From Mobula hypostoma (Eukaryota): a stretch of DNA of 64,000 bases. The stretch's first letter is position 1, and each line of letters starts with the position of its first letter. The DNA lies in assembly GCF_963921235.1 (NCBI RefSeq), contig NC_086111.1:51894001-51958000 (forward strand). The letters run 5' to 3'. Made by a program: the position numbers and the translations under genes. Positions 13,011-24,495 of the stretch are shown piece by piece. The notes beneath the pieces were generated by a model that saw only the letters and a program-made list of their open reading frames with translations, made no database searches and was not told the origin of the DNA.

Positions 13011-13493
13011 CACCTTTTCACAGTATTATATGATTTCATATTTCAAAAAGGTTGACTGTTGTAAAGGTATTTTCAAGTAAGAAATATGCTTATTCCTTTG
13101 TGCCCAGTCTTTCGTGAAATTAACTGTTGGTTTACCTACTGACAGCTCGTGTTTGTACGTAGCACTGGGAATTAGATGCGTTCTCTGTTTTTGTTTTCTA
13201 ATTTCAAAACGCATCTGCATTGTCACAGGGAAGCATAAAGTGGGAATTAGTGGAACACATCCCATTCCAAGTTCAAAATTATAATTGTTGGAATTTTGTA
13301 GAAATATTTTATATTACATTTATTATTTCATTACAGCGTAATATTGATCAAATTATTAAAATCAACATTAAAATATTGTACACACACAAAATGCCGGCTT
13401 TCCAGCATCTGTAGATTTTTTTCTTGTTTGTGATTAAAATAGTGTGTTCTTCAATGTTTAATTTTGTACTAATGAGGCTAAATGTATATCTTT

Positions 13494-14673
13494 TGTCATG
13501 ATCCAGTCCGTGAAGTCCGCATTCCGGTTCACGGTTCGGCCTGTGGACTCAGGACTCTGGGTCTTCCAGCTGTCCCTCGTTTGGTTGAGTTAAGCATAGG
13601 CACCTGATTCCCATCTTGGGGCTTGGAATACAAGTAGCCTTGGGGTTGAGTGTGAGCTGCTGGTCTGTCTCATCAGTTCCCCTGGGAGTAACTTACTGGT
13701 GGAAGGCTAGAGTGGCCACTTGTCATCTTTAGGCTGTGTTGGAGAACCATTGCTTCATGGAGCCTTGCTGTTGGTAGTCGGAACTGTCTTTGCGGTATGG
13801 ATTTGGCTGTTTCCTGGGCCAGCTGAGTGGCTGCCAGCTACTCCGAGCTAGGTAGGGATCCGGCTGCTTCTGTAGCCAGCTGAGGTTGCTGGCTGAACTG
13901 AGACTCAGAGCTTCCCTGGAGCAGAGATGGAACTCTCTGTTGTTCTCTGGTGTTTGTCTCTTCTTGTCCTTGCCTCTATGGGGTAAGCCAGGCTGTTTTG
14001 CCGTTGACCTGTGGGGGGGATCTGTCTTGTCCTTGCCTCTGTTGAGTAAGTCCGGCCGTTCTGCCATTACCTGACGGAGGAACCTGTCCCACCTTGGTGT
14101 GGAGATGAAGTTGAGTCCCGGCTCGTCTTAGGATAAGTCCTGGCTCTATGTCTATGTTGTGTCCTGTCTCATGTTGGTGTCAGGTTAAAGATGAGTCCCG
14201 GCTTGTCGAAGGATAAGTCCCAGCTCTACGTTGATGTTTGGTTCCCAGTCTGTCTCTAAGCTCCAAGAACACTAGCCTCCAGGATCCCAAGCCAAGCTCC
14301 AAGAACACAAGCCTGAAGTCCCCAGCCTCAAGCCTCAAGAGCAAAGACCCCAGCCTGTCTCCAAGCTCAGGCCTCTCGACCCCAGCCACATCCTGTCCTT
14401 TAGCCATGTTATGTCCTTGCCTGGTTCTGGGGTCTGAGCCAGAGGCAAGACCCAGGTTCTGGGTCCTTGTCCAGTCTCGGGCTCATAGTCCAAGCCTTGT
14501 CTCCTAGTCCATGGTTCCTAGTCCTGGTCCTGCCTTCCATAGCCCAAGTCTGCGTTCTTGTCCCTGCTCCTGGTCTGAATCCTGTCAGGTCCCTACTCTG
14601 GTCAAGTCCTGTTCCTTGTACTTCAGTGTCTGTGTCTTGCATTTGGGTCCGTTTCCAACGCCCCATTGTGACA
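13494..14673. mobile_element. Solo LTR (1180 bp), 5-bp TSD
   Basis: Termini TGTCA...TGACA flanked by TCTTT at 13489-13493 and 14674-14678; internal short degenerate repeats; no pol sequence. Confidence 0.8.
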
Positions 14674-14952
14674 TCTTTGTTTTTTTAAACATATTGAATT
14701 ATATTGAAGCCGTTATAAATTCAATATGTGTGTCTACATTCATTGGTATTGTTTCCGATTTTTACCGGAATCAAGAATTTGGAAGTATATTGTATCTTGG
14801 GGAGCAGAAATACTATCACATTAAATAATTACAGATGTAACCTGACTTTGCTGCTTGAGGTGAGAGGAAAGACTCTGAAGGCTGGGAACATTTGGCCTTG
14901 GGAAGATAGTGTATCACCTCGAACACATTTGCTGAATTATGTAGGTAAATAC

Positions 14953-15200
14953 GGGCGCCGCTGTAGTGTAGAGGTTTTAGCGCGACGCCGTTACAGCCGG
15001 GGCGTCGGAGTTCAATGCCGGCGTCCTCCGTAAGGACATCTTCCCCGTGGCATGCAGGGGCTTTCTCCCACAGTACAAAGACCCACCGGTTGGTAGGTGA
15101 ATTGGTCATTGTAAATTGTCCCCTGATTAGGCTAGGGTTAAATGTGTTGGATGCTGGCGGAGCAGTTCAAAGAGCCTATTCTGCGCTGTATTTCTTTTTT
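14953..15200 (+). mobile_element. tRNA-derived V-SINE-like element
   Basis: gtagtgtagagg (A box), ggagttcaatgcc (B box), central ttctcccacagtacaaagac V-domain-like motif. Confidence 0.6.
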
Positions 15201-15637
15201 TTAAAAAAGTACAGTATCTTGATTTATGGTTTTGAAATTTGAAGATGGATTTCAGAGAGATATTTCAGTACTATTTGAAGAGGGAGAGCAGAAAACGGTG
15301 AAGACGTTTGATATTTCAGGTCTTATTCCACAGATACTGCCTGACCTGAAATCTTTTTTGTTTCAGTTTTTAAACTCGTGCATTTATATTTTAATGACAT
15401 ACCCCAAAGGCTACCGTAATATTTGTTGTGGAACTGACTGCGAAGTGTTCTATAGGTCTAACTGCATCAGAAGGTGTGGGTAGATATTGCAGCATATAAT
15501 CTTCAAGATTCTGGCTCTGGGAGTCGGACTGGCTATAAGCACCTACCTTCTTGCGCCTTTAAAGTATTGCAGCATGATACTTATTTCCTTTATTTAAACT
15601 AGCTTTTAAACAGTTTAACAATTTTTGTATCATTTAC

Positions 15638-15764
15638 CGTGTCCAGCCAGAACAGTATCACTTTCTTCTGACTTCTGTTGAATACGGGATTGAGATACCA
15701 GGATAGTTCCGATACCTCTTTATTGTGCTCTCTGTGTCCATTCTCCACAGTTTTCCACAAGGCT
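15638..15764 (-). CDS. ATP6AP1L: Ac45-family gene exon 2 (127 nt)
   Basis: ag|A..ACG|gtaaat. ALWKTVENGHREHNKEVSELSWYLNPVFNRSQKKVILFWLDT aligns without gaps to ATP6AP1 [42 protein letters not shown]. Confidence 0.85.
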
Positions 15765-16238
15765 CTATGTAAAATTGAAGGAAACCACACATTCTTATCA
15801 AATCCGGAAATAGAACAGTTACAGTCCCGCATTGGGAAGTCGGGTGGGAAAAATTGGCGGTTAACTGAAGTCATCAAATAGCATTTCAACCAGGACATCA
15901 GTCCGACATCTAGTGGCAGGATGCTTGCCAGTCAATTAATTTATCACAGAATAACAATTTATGTACTTACACGGTCAAATTAGATCTGAAAGATAAATTC
16001 AGTTAAGGAGCTGCTAAATATTTAGCCCAAAGAAGTGCGTTTATTTTTTTTCGTTTGTTTTTGAACATTGTTTCAGTGCCAGTGTTCCTGATATTACATC
16101 ACAGCGAAATATTTTGTCCCTTTCCCAGATTGAACAGTCACATAGATTTTTTGATTCTTAATTGTGCATCTTGCAGAAATAATGCTCGTCAAAACCAGAG
16201 TGTTAACTCCCGGCCACAATGTCTCGAATTCCAGCTTA

Positions 16239-16855
16239 CCATAGAAACTACAGCACAGAAACAGGCCTTTTGGCCCTTCTTGGCTGTGCCGAACCATTTT
16301 CTGCCTAGTCCTACCGACCTGCACACGGACCATATCCCTCCATACACCTCCCATCCATGTATCTGTCCAATTTATTCTTAAATGTTAAAAAAAGAACCCG
16401 CATTTACCACCTCGTCTGGCAGCTCATTCCACACTCCCACCACTCTCTGTGTGAAGAAGCCCCCCGCAATGTTCCCTTTAAAATTTCCCCCCTCACCCTT
16501 AACCCATGTCCTCTGGTTTTTTTTTTCTCCCCTTGCCTCAGTGGAAAAAGCCTGCTTGCATTCACTCTATCTATACCCATCATAATTTTATATACCTCTA
16601 TCAAATCTCCCCTCATTCTTCTATGCTCCAGGGAATAAAGTCCTAACCTATTCAACCTTTCTCTGTAACTGAGTTTCTCAAGTCCTGGCAACATCCTTCT
16701 AAACCTTCTCTGCACTCTTTCAATCTTATTTATATCCTTCCTGTAATTTGGTGACCAAAACTGAACACAATACTCCAGATTCGGCCTCACCAATGCCTTA
16801 TACAACCTCATCATAACATTCCAGCTCTTATACTCAATAATAACATTCCAGCTCT
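16239..16855 (-). mobile_element. CR1 LINE 3' fragment
   Basis: LYKALVRPNLEYCVQFWSPNYRKDINKIERVQRRF...RMRGDLIEVYKIM...TRGHGLRV. Confidence 0.9.
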
Positions 16856-16999
16856 TCTTACAGTGTTATTAATTCAGTAACTTCATTATCAAATATACTC
16901 GCTCCCATTCTGATTAGAAAACATGTAAGAAAAATTGCGAGAAGGGAGCTGACAATAGAATGTGGAACAAAGACACCCTGAGCCAATAGGCTGGTCCTG

Positions 17000-17600
17000 G
17001 ATTTATTTCATAATTTACTGTCATAATTTACATATTACTGTTTAACTATTTTTGGTTCTATTACTATTTATTATTTATGGTGCGACTGTAACGAAAACCA
17101 ATTTCCCCCGGGATGAATAAAGTATGACTATGACTATCCTGGTAAACCTCTTCTGCACCTTCTCCAAAGCCTCGACATCCTTCTTATAAGGAGGCAACCA
17201 GACTGTAAGCAATGCTCAATATAACTAGAGATTTATAACGCTACATCAGAACTTCCTGACTTTTGAACTCAAGGCCACATGCCTTCTCAACCACCCTATC
17301 AACCTTCACAGCCATTCTCCGGGAGTTACGAACCTTACCCGGAGATCCACATGCTCATTAACACTGTTAAGCGTCTTGCCCGTAACACTGTACAGTCTCT
17401 TTACATTTGATCCACCAAGCTGTGCAATACTTCACATTTGATCGGGTTAAACTCCATCTGCCATTTCTCCATCCATATCTACAATTGATCTACATCCCTC
17501 TGTGTTCGTTGCCAGTCTTCTACACCATCCACAACACCAACAATCTTCTTATCTGCAAATTTACCGACCTGACCATTTTCATCCAGGTCATTTATATACC
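17000..17600. mobile_element. Rex-type tail (plus, ~17000-17136) abutting a decayed CR1 RT fragment (minus)
   Basis: cccccgggatgaataaagtatgactatgactat tail, followed by reverse-strand CR1-like coding remnants. Confidence 0.55.
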
Positions 17601-18964
17601 GGTTATTTATATTAAGGCTGAACTTATTTTTTAACAATGATATATTCGGGTCCTGCTGCAGAAATATATTTTATTCAGTTAAAACCAAAACTCTGTATCC
17701 TGGATGTTATCGGGATTATGTGGGAAATTGTCAATTGAGATTAGTGACTGAAATAAATGGTAGTCGGGCAAGCATAAATGAAACAGCTTTTGTCTTACTC
17801 CCTGATTATTTTTGGTACGAATATTTACCGTGTTTATTTATCCACGAATTAAACCCATCTATGAACAAATTGCATAGTCCGATAAGAGCCAAAACACTTT
17901 ATTCAACAATTATGATAAAAATGAAATTGATAGAACGGGCGTACATTGTATATTCTGGTGCGAGGACAGTTATAGAAAGGTAACTTACCACTAAACTGTA
18001 GATATGGGTGTATAATTTTAAAAAAAATAAATATGATGTTTACCGGGTTACCAAATATGCGTTTTGTATCTCCTGTATTGAGCATAGGAGCTAGCCACGT
18101 AGGCAAATCGGGAACTGGAAGATGCAACCCTGTCTAATAGTGTCGGGCCACTGCCTCACAATACAACTGACATCTCCGAATGCCTAATACAAGATTAAAG
18201 AACTCACATGTCCACAATGACCTGCCTAATCGGCCAAGTCCCATCTGTACAGCCCCGCTGGGCCTCCAGATTAAACTCGTAATTAGAAAATATAGTACAT
18301 AGGTCTGCATAGTTCCGTTCAAAATAGAAGCAAGCAGATACTCTATATACACCCACCCCCCATTTTCCATTCAAAGTCGAGTTAAAATCAGAAAATAAAA
18401 AGAACAAATATTAGAAATCACCAGCTGTACCCAATGGTTCCCACAAGGGATTAACATTTCTGATGTGGATCCTGTCACCGGTGCATTTAAAGGATTTTCT
18501 GTTTTATTTAACTGCTATTCCTGGAACCGACAAGGCAGAAGGACAAGTTAGAAGATTAAAACACGGAATTAAACGAACATTCCAAAAATAGATAATAATA
18601 AAATAATAAGTGATTCGAACTTCCTATTAAATCTATATTCATTTTCAAAGTCTTTATTACAATAATTGATAACCTAAATAGTTAGTTTCTTTGCGTTTAC
18701 AGTATTAATCTCGCTTTTTATGAAACTCTTAAAGGTTAATCCGGTCAGCATATGGTCATTTGGACAGCAAACCGCAAGTGGAATAAAATGTTCACTTTAT
18801 TATTCCCTGTCCATTTAGAATAAAATATGACGCTGATTTTGTCTTCTTTGTAAACCGCAATAATTACTCTCAACACGTCAGAAATTTATGGAGATATGTT
18901 GGTAAAATATTTGGAAATCACTTGTACAAGTTACATTGCTTGCATCTTGAAAGTATACACTTAC

Positions 18965-19065
18965 TCTGCTGTTGACCACATTATAACGGGCACTGTTTCT
19001 TCATTCATCATTGAAAACTTTATGAGAAGCGAAAATATTAAGCACTGAATGCGATGGACTTCCAT
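18965..19065 (-). CDS. ATP6AP1L: Ac45/ATP6AP1-family gene (ATP6AP1L-type), exon 1: signal peptide + VPVIMWS
   Basis: MEVHRIQCLIFSLLIKFSMMNEETVPVIMWSTA(E), then a GA|gtaagt donor. EETVPVIMWST matches ATP6AP1 EQQVPLVLWSS. Phase 2 joins exon 2. Confidence 0.85.
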
Positions 19066-19461
19066 TTATAAATAGCTCCGCTGCGAGCTGCACTACCCGG
19101 AGCTCTCAATGGGAATTTAAAGCGCTCTGTCTGCGAAGAGAGCGTATTCCCTCTGATTGACGGCGATGATTCCCAATCAGCGATGGGTATCAACACAATC
19201 AACCAATTATGTTCACTAAAAGGCGGGACTAGAGTTCTACAGTTTTTAAAGTCAAAAAGACTATTACTTTGCAGATTGTAACATTTTTATTCGAACTATG
19301 AACGTATTTTCTGTCTGCTTTTTGCCCAGCATTGAGTAAGAGGTAGTTTTGTTTGTGTTTTGCGGCAGGCGGAAGCGGGCTGCCGGCGGGGTCCTTGCTG
19401 CTGGTAAGAGACGCGTCGCGGGGCCGGCCCTTTCTTTTGGACGAGCGGCGGAGCCTGCAGC
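19066..19461. promoter_or_regulatory. Bidirectional CpG-rich promoter between the Ac45-family gene and RPS23; 5'TOP initiator
   Basis: Divergent ATGs at 19065(-) and 19462(+). Pyrimidine tract CCCTTTCTTTT at 19428-19438, GABP/ETS-like GCGGAAGC at 19369-19376, CCAAT boxes ~19170-19210. CpG-rich sequence extends to ~19710. Confidence 0.8.
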
Positions 19462-19465
19462 ATGG
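19462..19465 (+). CDS. RPS23: 40S ribosomal protein S23 (uS12) exon 1 (ATG G)
   Basis: ATGG|gtgagt immediately downstream of the TOP tract; phase 1 joins exon 2. Confidence 0.9.
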
Positions 19466-19979
19466 GTGAGTGTGGTGAGCGGCCCGAGTGCTCCCAGTCC
19501 GCTCGCCGGACTGGCCTCGGCCACGTCGGCACATTGTCGTCGCTCACAGTCGGTCGCGAAACGCAGCGAGCCCAAGGCAGTAGTATTATCCTGTCACCAA
19601 AGCCGCATCGAGCTGTTTTACACGAGGCGCCCGCAGTCAGACTGCGGGATCCCGGCCCAGGGCCCGAGGCCCGGCCTGGGCGTGAAATGTTGGGAAAAGC
19701 CGTCCCGTGAAGTACAGCTTCCAATTTCAGATATAGAAACGTTATGTGGGATGATTTTTGGTGTCATCCGAGCAATTGTTGGGGTTTTAAATCTGTTGAG
19801 TAGACTAGTTTGGAGATATGTCCTCTCACTGTCCACTTTCGTCATATGAGGGCCACTCTAACTGTTCGCGTTCGGCTCTCGTTTGAGTGGATTAATTTCA
19901 GCACCGAGCTTTTCTATTCAATTCCACTGATATTCTTAATAAACTTGTATTTGAGCAGAAATAATGCATGCAGGCCCTT

Positions 19980-19989
19980 CCGCCATTTT
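19980..19989 (+). promoter_or_regulatory. YY1-like site in RPS23 intron 1
   Basis: CCGCCATTTT matches the YY1 consensus; such sites are common near ribosomal protein gene promoters. Confidence 0.45.
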
Positions 19990-20634
19990 GTATGACAATT
20001 TACTTGCACTACGGTTTTTAAAGGAAGTATTAAGATTTTTTGGGTTTGTTTCAAATATAAGTAATTAGCTGGATACGGCAGGGAAAATGAGAAGCTAATG
20101 TAAAAAGCGTACAAGGGATATACGGGTGTATGTATAGTTCATTTAAAGTAGAAAAAGTTGAGGAAATTGTTGAAGCATGAAAATATCCTTGGTTGTGGGG
20201 AATAACAGCAAGAAATTCGTGATATGCTTTGTAACACACTAGTTGAGTTGCAACTTAATATTTTCAGTTTTGGGTGCATACTTTGTAGATTTGAAAGGAG
20301 TAGTAAAGAGAAGAAATTAATTCCCGGGATGAGGAGCTTCAGGTTGGTTGGTTACTGCGATGCTGCAGTTGCTCTTAGAAAGGAGTATTTTAAATCATAT
20401 TGGTGGAGTGGATTTGACATAAAGTGCAAGTAACTGACAAAAACAGAGTAAATGGGGGAAAAATGCAGTGAATGATTTGTGGAATCCACTGTCAGTAGTA
20501 TTAGAGGCAGATTGATAGAGGAGAACTTGGTTAGGATCTGAAAGAAATTGTGGAGCTATGAGAGGAGACTGATGAGCTGAATTGGTTTGCATAAAGATGC
20601 TACTGAATTGATGGGGGCACAAGACTGCAAATCT

Positions 20635-21055
20635 GTATAAACACAATGCTGGAGAAACTTGGCAGGGTGGGCAGCATTGATTGTGGGCGGTTGACATTTG
20701 GGTGGAGGAATGGAGTAGAAAGGAAGGGGAGAAGCCAGTATAAAAGTGTAAGAGCGGAACTTTTGCAGGTGGGTGATGAGGGTGAACCCAGGTTGGTGGG
20801 GAGAGAGATGGGCAGGAGATTGCGAGTGGGAATGATGTGAGAAGCTGAGAGTGACAAGGGGCTGAACAAGATGGAATCTGATAGAGTACTGTAGATATGG
20901 AATAAAGGGAAGGGGGTGAGAAGAATTGGAGGGGAGAGTGGATGATGGGCAGAATAGGATGGTGGTGGAGAGGAAGGGGAATGGGTGATGAGATAAAGGG
21001 AAAACAAGGGGGCAGTAGAGGTAAGTTGTTACTGGAAGTTAGAAGAATCAAGTGA
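20635..21055 (-). mobile_element. Penelope-like 3' fragment in RPS23 intron 1
   Basis: acacaatgctggagaaactt...gcagcat terminal motif, GA-rich UTR, and the GIY-YIG end (ttactggaagttagaag). Confidence 0.55.
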
Positions 21056-21296
21056 AATTGGGGTTCCTTTCATGTTATAATTCTGTAGTTCACCTGCAGA
21101 TAGTTTTATGAACGCTAGCCTTGTACTTGTGATACTCAGTAATACGGCCATGATTCTTATTTTAAGCAAATGAACAATTTCAAATATTGAACATTGTATA
21201 ATTTTAAAAAATGCAAAATAAAATCTGGTTACCGAAAATGTGAAATTACAGAATATCTGAAATTAAAACTTTGGTTATATGGCAGTATAGAAATGA

Positions 21297-21554
<258 letters not shown>

Positions 21555-21902
21555 TAAGTATTTTTAAATGGAGGAACTATTATAGCTAAAGGTAGCACCC
21601 TTTTGAGGCAGCTGTGTACTACATATTTTTCTTAACATCTTAAAGTGAATTGTTAGATGATTAATCTCTTGCTAAGTGCTTGGAGTACTCTTGACTGGGA
21701 CTTGTAACTGAAAGTATAAAATACTTTGGTACAACTCAACTAGGTCTAGTAGTTTACTCAGTTGGTTGTAAGGGCCACCATGTACAGTGAAAACTACATG
21801 TCAGTTTGTGTTTTATTTTTAAGTAAAATGTACCAAGAGATTTTGCCGTTCTTGGAGGGGACAATGAAATAAGTGAGCTTAGTGTGGAAATGTAGAAAAT
21901 AA

Positions 21903-22070
<168 letters not shown>

Positions 22071-24384
22071 TAATTCAGAACTGAATTAATTTTATAAGTG
22101 GAAAATGAAGCAGTTTCTGTGAAACTTCAAAAGGTTCGTTTTATTATCAAAGTACGCAAGTATGAAATTATTCTTTCCTGGGTAGCCAAGAAAGAAAAGA
22201 TAGGCAGCACAATCATCAACCCCCAAACCACCAAAAAACAAACAAAAACAGAACAGGCACATCAGTGCCAAAACCCCCCCTGCAGCACAAAAAAACGAAT
22301 CAGGCACTTCAACACCCAAGTCCCCCCTTCAACACAAAAAATGTACAAAAACGTAACAGGCACATCAGGCCCCCCCGCCCCGGCACAATAAAAATGAGAA
22401 AGATAGAGCGAAAAACTTGATTTCTTTTTTTAAATTTTAAAATAATGAAGTAAGTTCTATTTTGCCTTTTCCAGTTTTTCTGTATCCCGTAATTTTTATC
22501 TTGTGGCTTTCATTCTAATTTATATTTTTCAACTAAGCATTCAAGAACTGCAAAACCTGCAAGATTAATAGATGATACTTTAAAATGGTTTGAAATTTCA
22601 CCATCCATTGTTACCATTCTGTCAATTGGTTCTTTATCATCACTGGGTCAAAATCCTGGAGCTTTATTTACGGCTATTTGAATGTTAGCCTTTAGAAAGG
22701 TGATGACCACATTGAACACTTAATAAAAGGTAATACCATGAGATTTGGCATTGAATTTAAAGCCAACAGAATGTGAAAAAAGATATTTGCTTCAAGGGGC
22801 CTTTTAAAAGAAAACACTTCTCACTTAGCAGACTTTTCATTTGAAATCTGCAGATAGCACTGCAGAAAATATTGTCAAAGTATATAATTGCTTTTGTGGA
22901 AACAGGCTATAGTTTGTGGAATGTCATATATGGCGCTCAGATGTAATGGGAAGTAAAGTGGCTTTATGCTTGGTTCATTACCCATTGCATTGCTATTAGG
23001 TAGTTACAAATGAATTAATTACATTTATGGTGACACCTACTGAACTAATGGCAGGGAGCTTGCAATTTGTATCCTGTATAGTTATTGCCTTTTAAATCAA
23101 CGTGTTGACTGGCATAAATAATATTATTCCCTTGTAACTATCAGTTTCAAGGTAATGAGATTATAGTTGATTGGGTTAATTACCAATACTGTAACCTGCA
23201 TGTTGAAGTGCTTACAGCATGATGCCTTTTATAACTGACATATCACAGTCAGATACAGATACAGCATAGGAACAGGCCTTCAGCCTATTAAATCCTCACT
23301 GACCATCAGCCACTAATTCTTTAATCTGCTACCTTAATCCTTTTCCCCTCCCACATTCTCTTCAAACTCTTACCAAATTCTACCACCCATTTACAAACTA
23401 AAGACGATTTTTGGCAGCCAGTTGACCTATATAGATACTGGAGGATACCCGCCAGGGAGAACAGGGTAGCTCCACATGAACAGCACTTGAGGTTGGGACT
23501 TCTAGGTCTTCTGCTTTGAGGCAGTAGCACCACTAGTTGATCCTTTGTCTTCAGCACAAAACTTTCTTAGCTCTATACACTATGCATTTTTGCCTTATTG
23601 GTGGCCTGCTTGCAAAATGGCTGATAGCAAAATTATCTAATTGAATGGAATACTTCCACAAATTCAAATTGTATCCTTGAACTGTGACGGACGATTCACT
23701 TCAATCTCTATAATATCCCTCACTTGCCAGTGAGCTTGGTCAATTAATTATAAGAAATAATTGGGCTTGTTTTTAAATTAGAATGTTCAATATTTTTATG
23801 TAATCTTTACATTGACTGTTTTCTTTATTTTCTACTTTACTGTTAAACTATTGTAATCTCATGGAGTGTTGGACATGCAACATATCTCCATGTGCATTGT
23901 GGCAATGACAGCGACGTGCTGATCATAGTTTTCCTCTAATTTCTCTCCCCAACATGAAGTTGTTACCTCTGTTCCTCATCTAGTCTGTTGATATGATTAG
24001 TTTCCTGCAGTGTTTTAACTGGCATGTTTAAAACAAAATCTAATGTAAGTAATTAAGAAAAATTAACCAATAATTATGAGTACTATACTCATTAAGAAAG
24101 GGATTAATGGCCATTCAGATTCTGAGCTTTACCTATGAAGGAAAGATAAAATTGTGCTCAACCTTTAAAGGCCTTATTCAGCTAGGGCCTGTATGTGTGG
24201 GCAAGTTATGCTGCCCTTAGAGGATTCAGAAAAAAAATTATGAGAATGGTTCCTGAGATGAGGGTCTCGGGTTGCTAGGGCAGATGACAAGCTAGGATTT
24301 CTGTTTTTAAATGTAAGGCTGAGGGAAATGGTAGAAATATGAAATGGTTAGGGGTTTGAACGGAATTGCTGGTAGGAAACTTGC

Positions 24385-24495
24385 TTTTGGGGGTCCTGCT
24401 GAAGGGTTTCAGCCCAAAACGTCAGCCCAAATGTACTTTTTTCCATCGATGCTGCCTGGCCTGCTGAGTTCCTCCAACATTTTGTGAGAGTTGTT
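24385..24495 (+). mobile_element. Penelope-type terminal repeat with decayed hammerhead
   Basis: cctgctgaagggtttcagcccaaaacgtc...gatgctgcctggcctgctgagttcctccaacattttgtg. Confidence 0.6.

Noticed and set aside
13950-14600. Short interspersed direct repeats superficially like a CRISPR array
   Set aside because: They are irregular degenerate repeats inside a vertebrate solo LTR, with no constant repeat-spacer period and no cas genes.
17903-18127. Minus-strand ORF with LPTWLAPMLNTG, resembling ATP6AP1 [12 protein letters not shown], and a gtaagt donor near 17988
   Set aside because: The exon at 15638-15764 matches over the full 42 aa with the right size and phases, so this similarity is treated as chance.
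19229-19849. Overlapping 80-166 aa ORFs on both strands
   Set aside because: This is a GC-rich promoter/intron 1 region with few stop codons; only ATG-G at 19462-19465 is coding.
20395-21051. 218-aa Pro/Ser/Leu-rich ORF
   Set aside because: It is the low-complexity UTR of a Penelope-like remnant.
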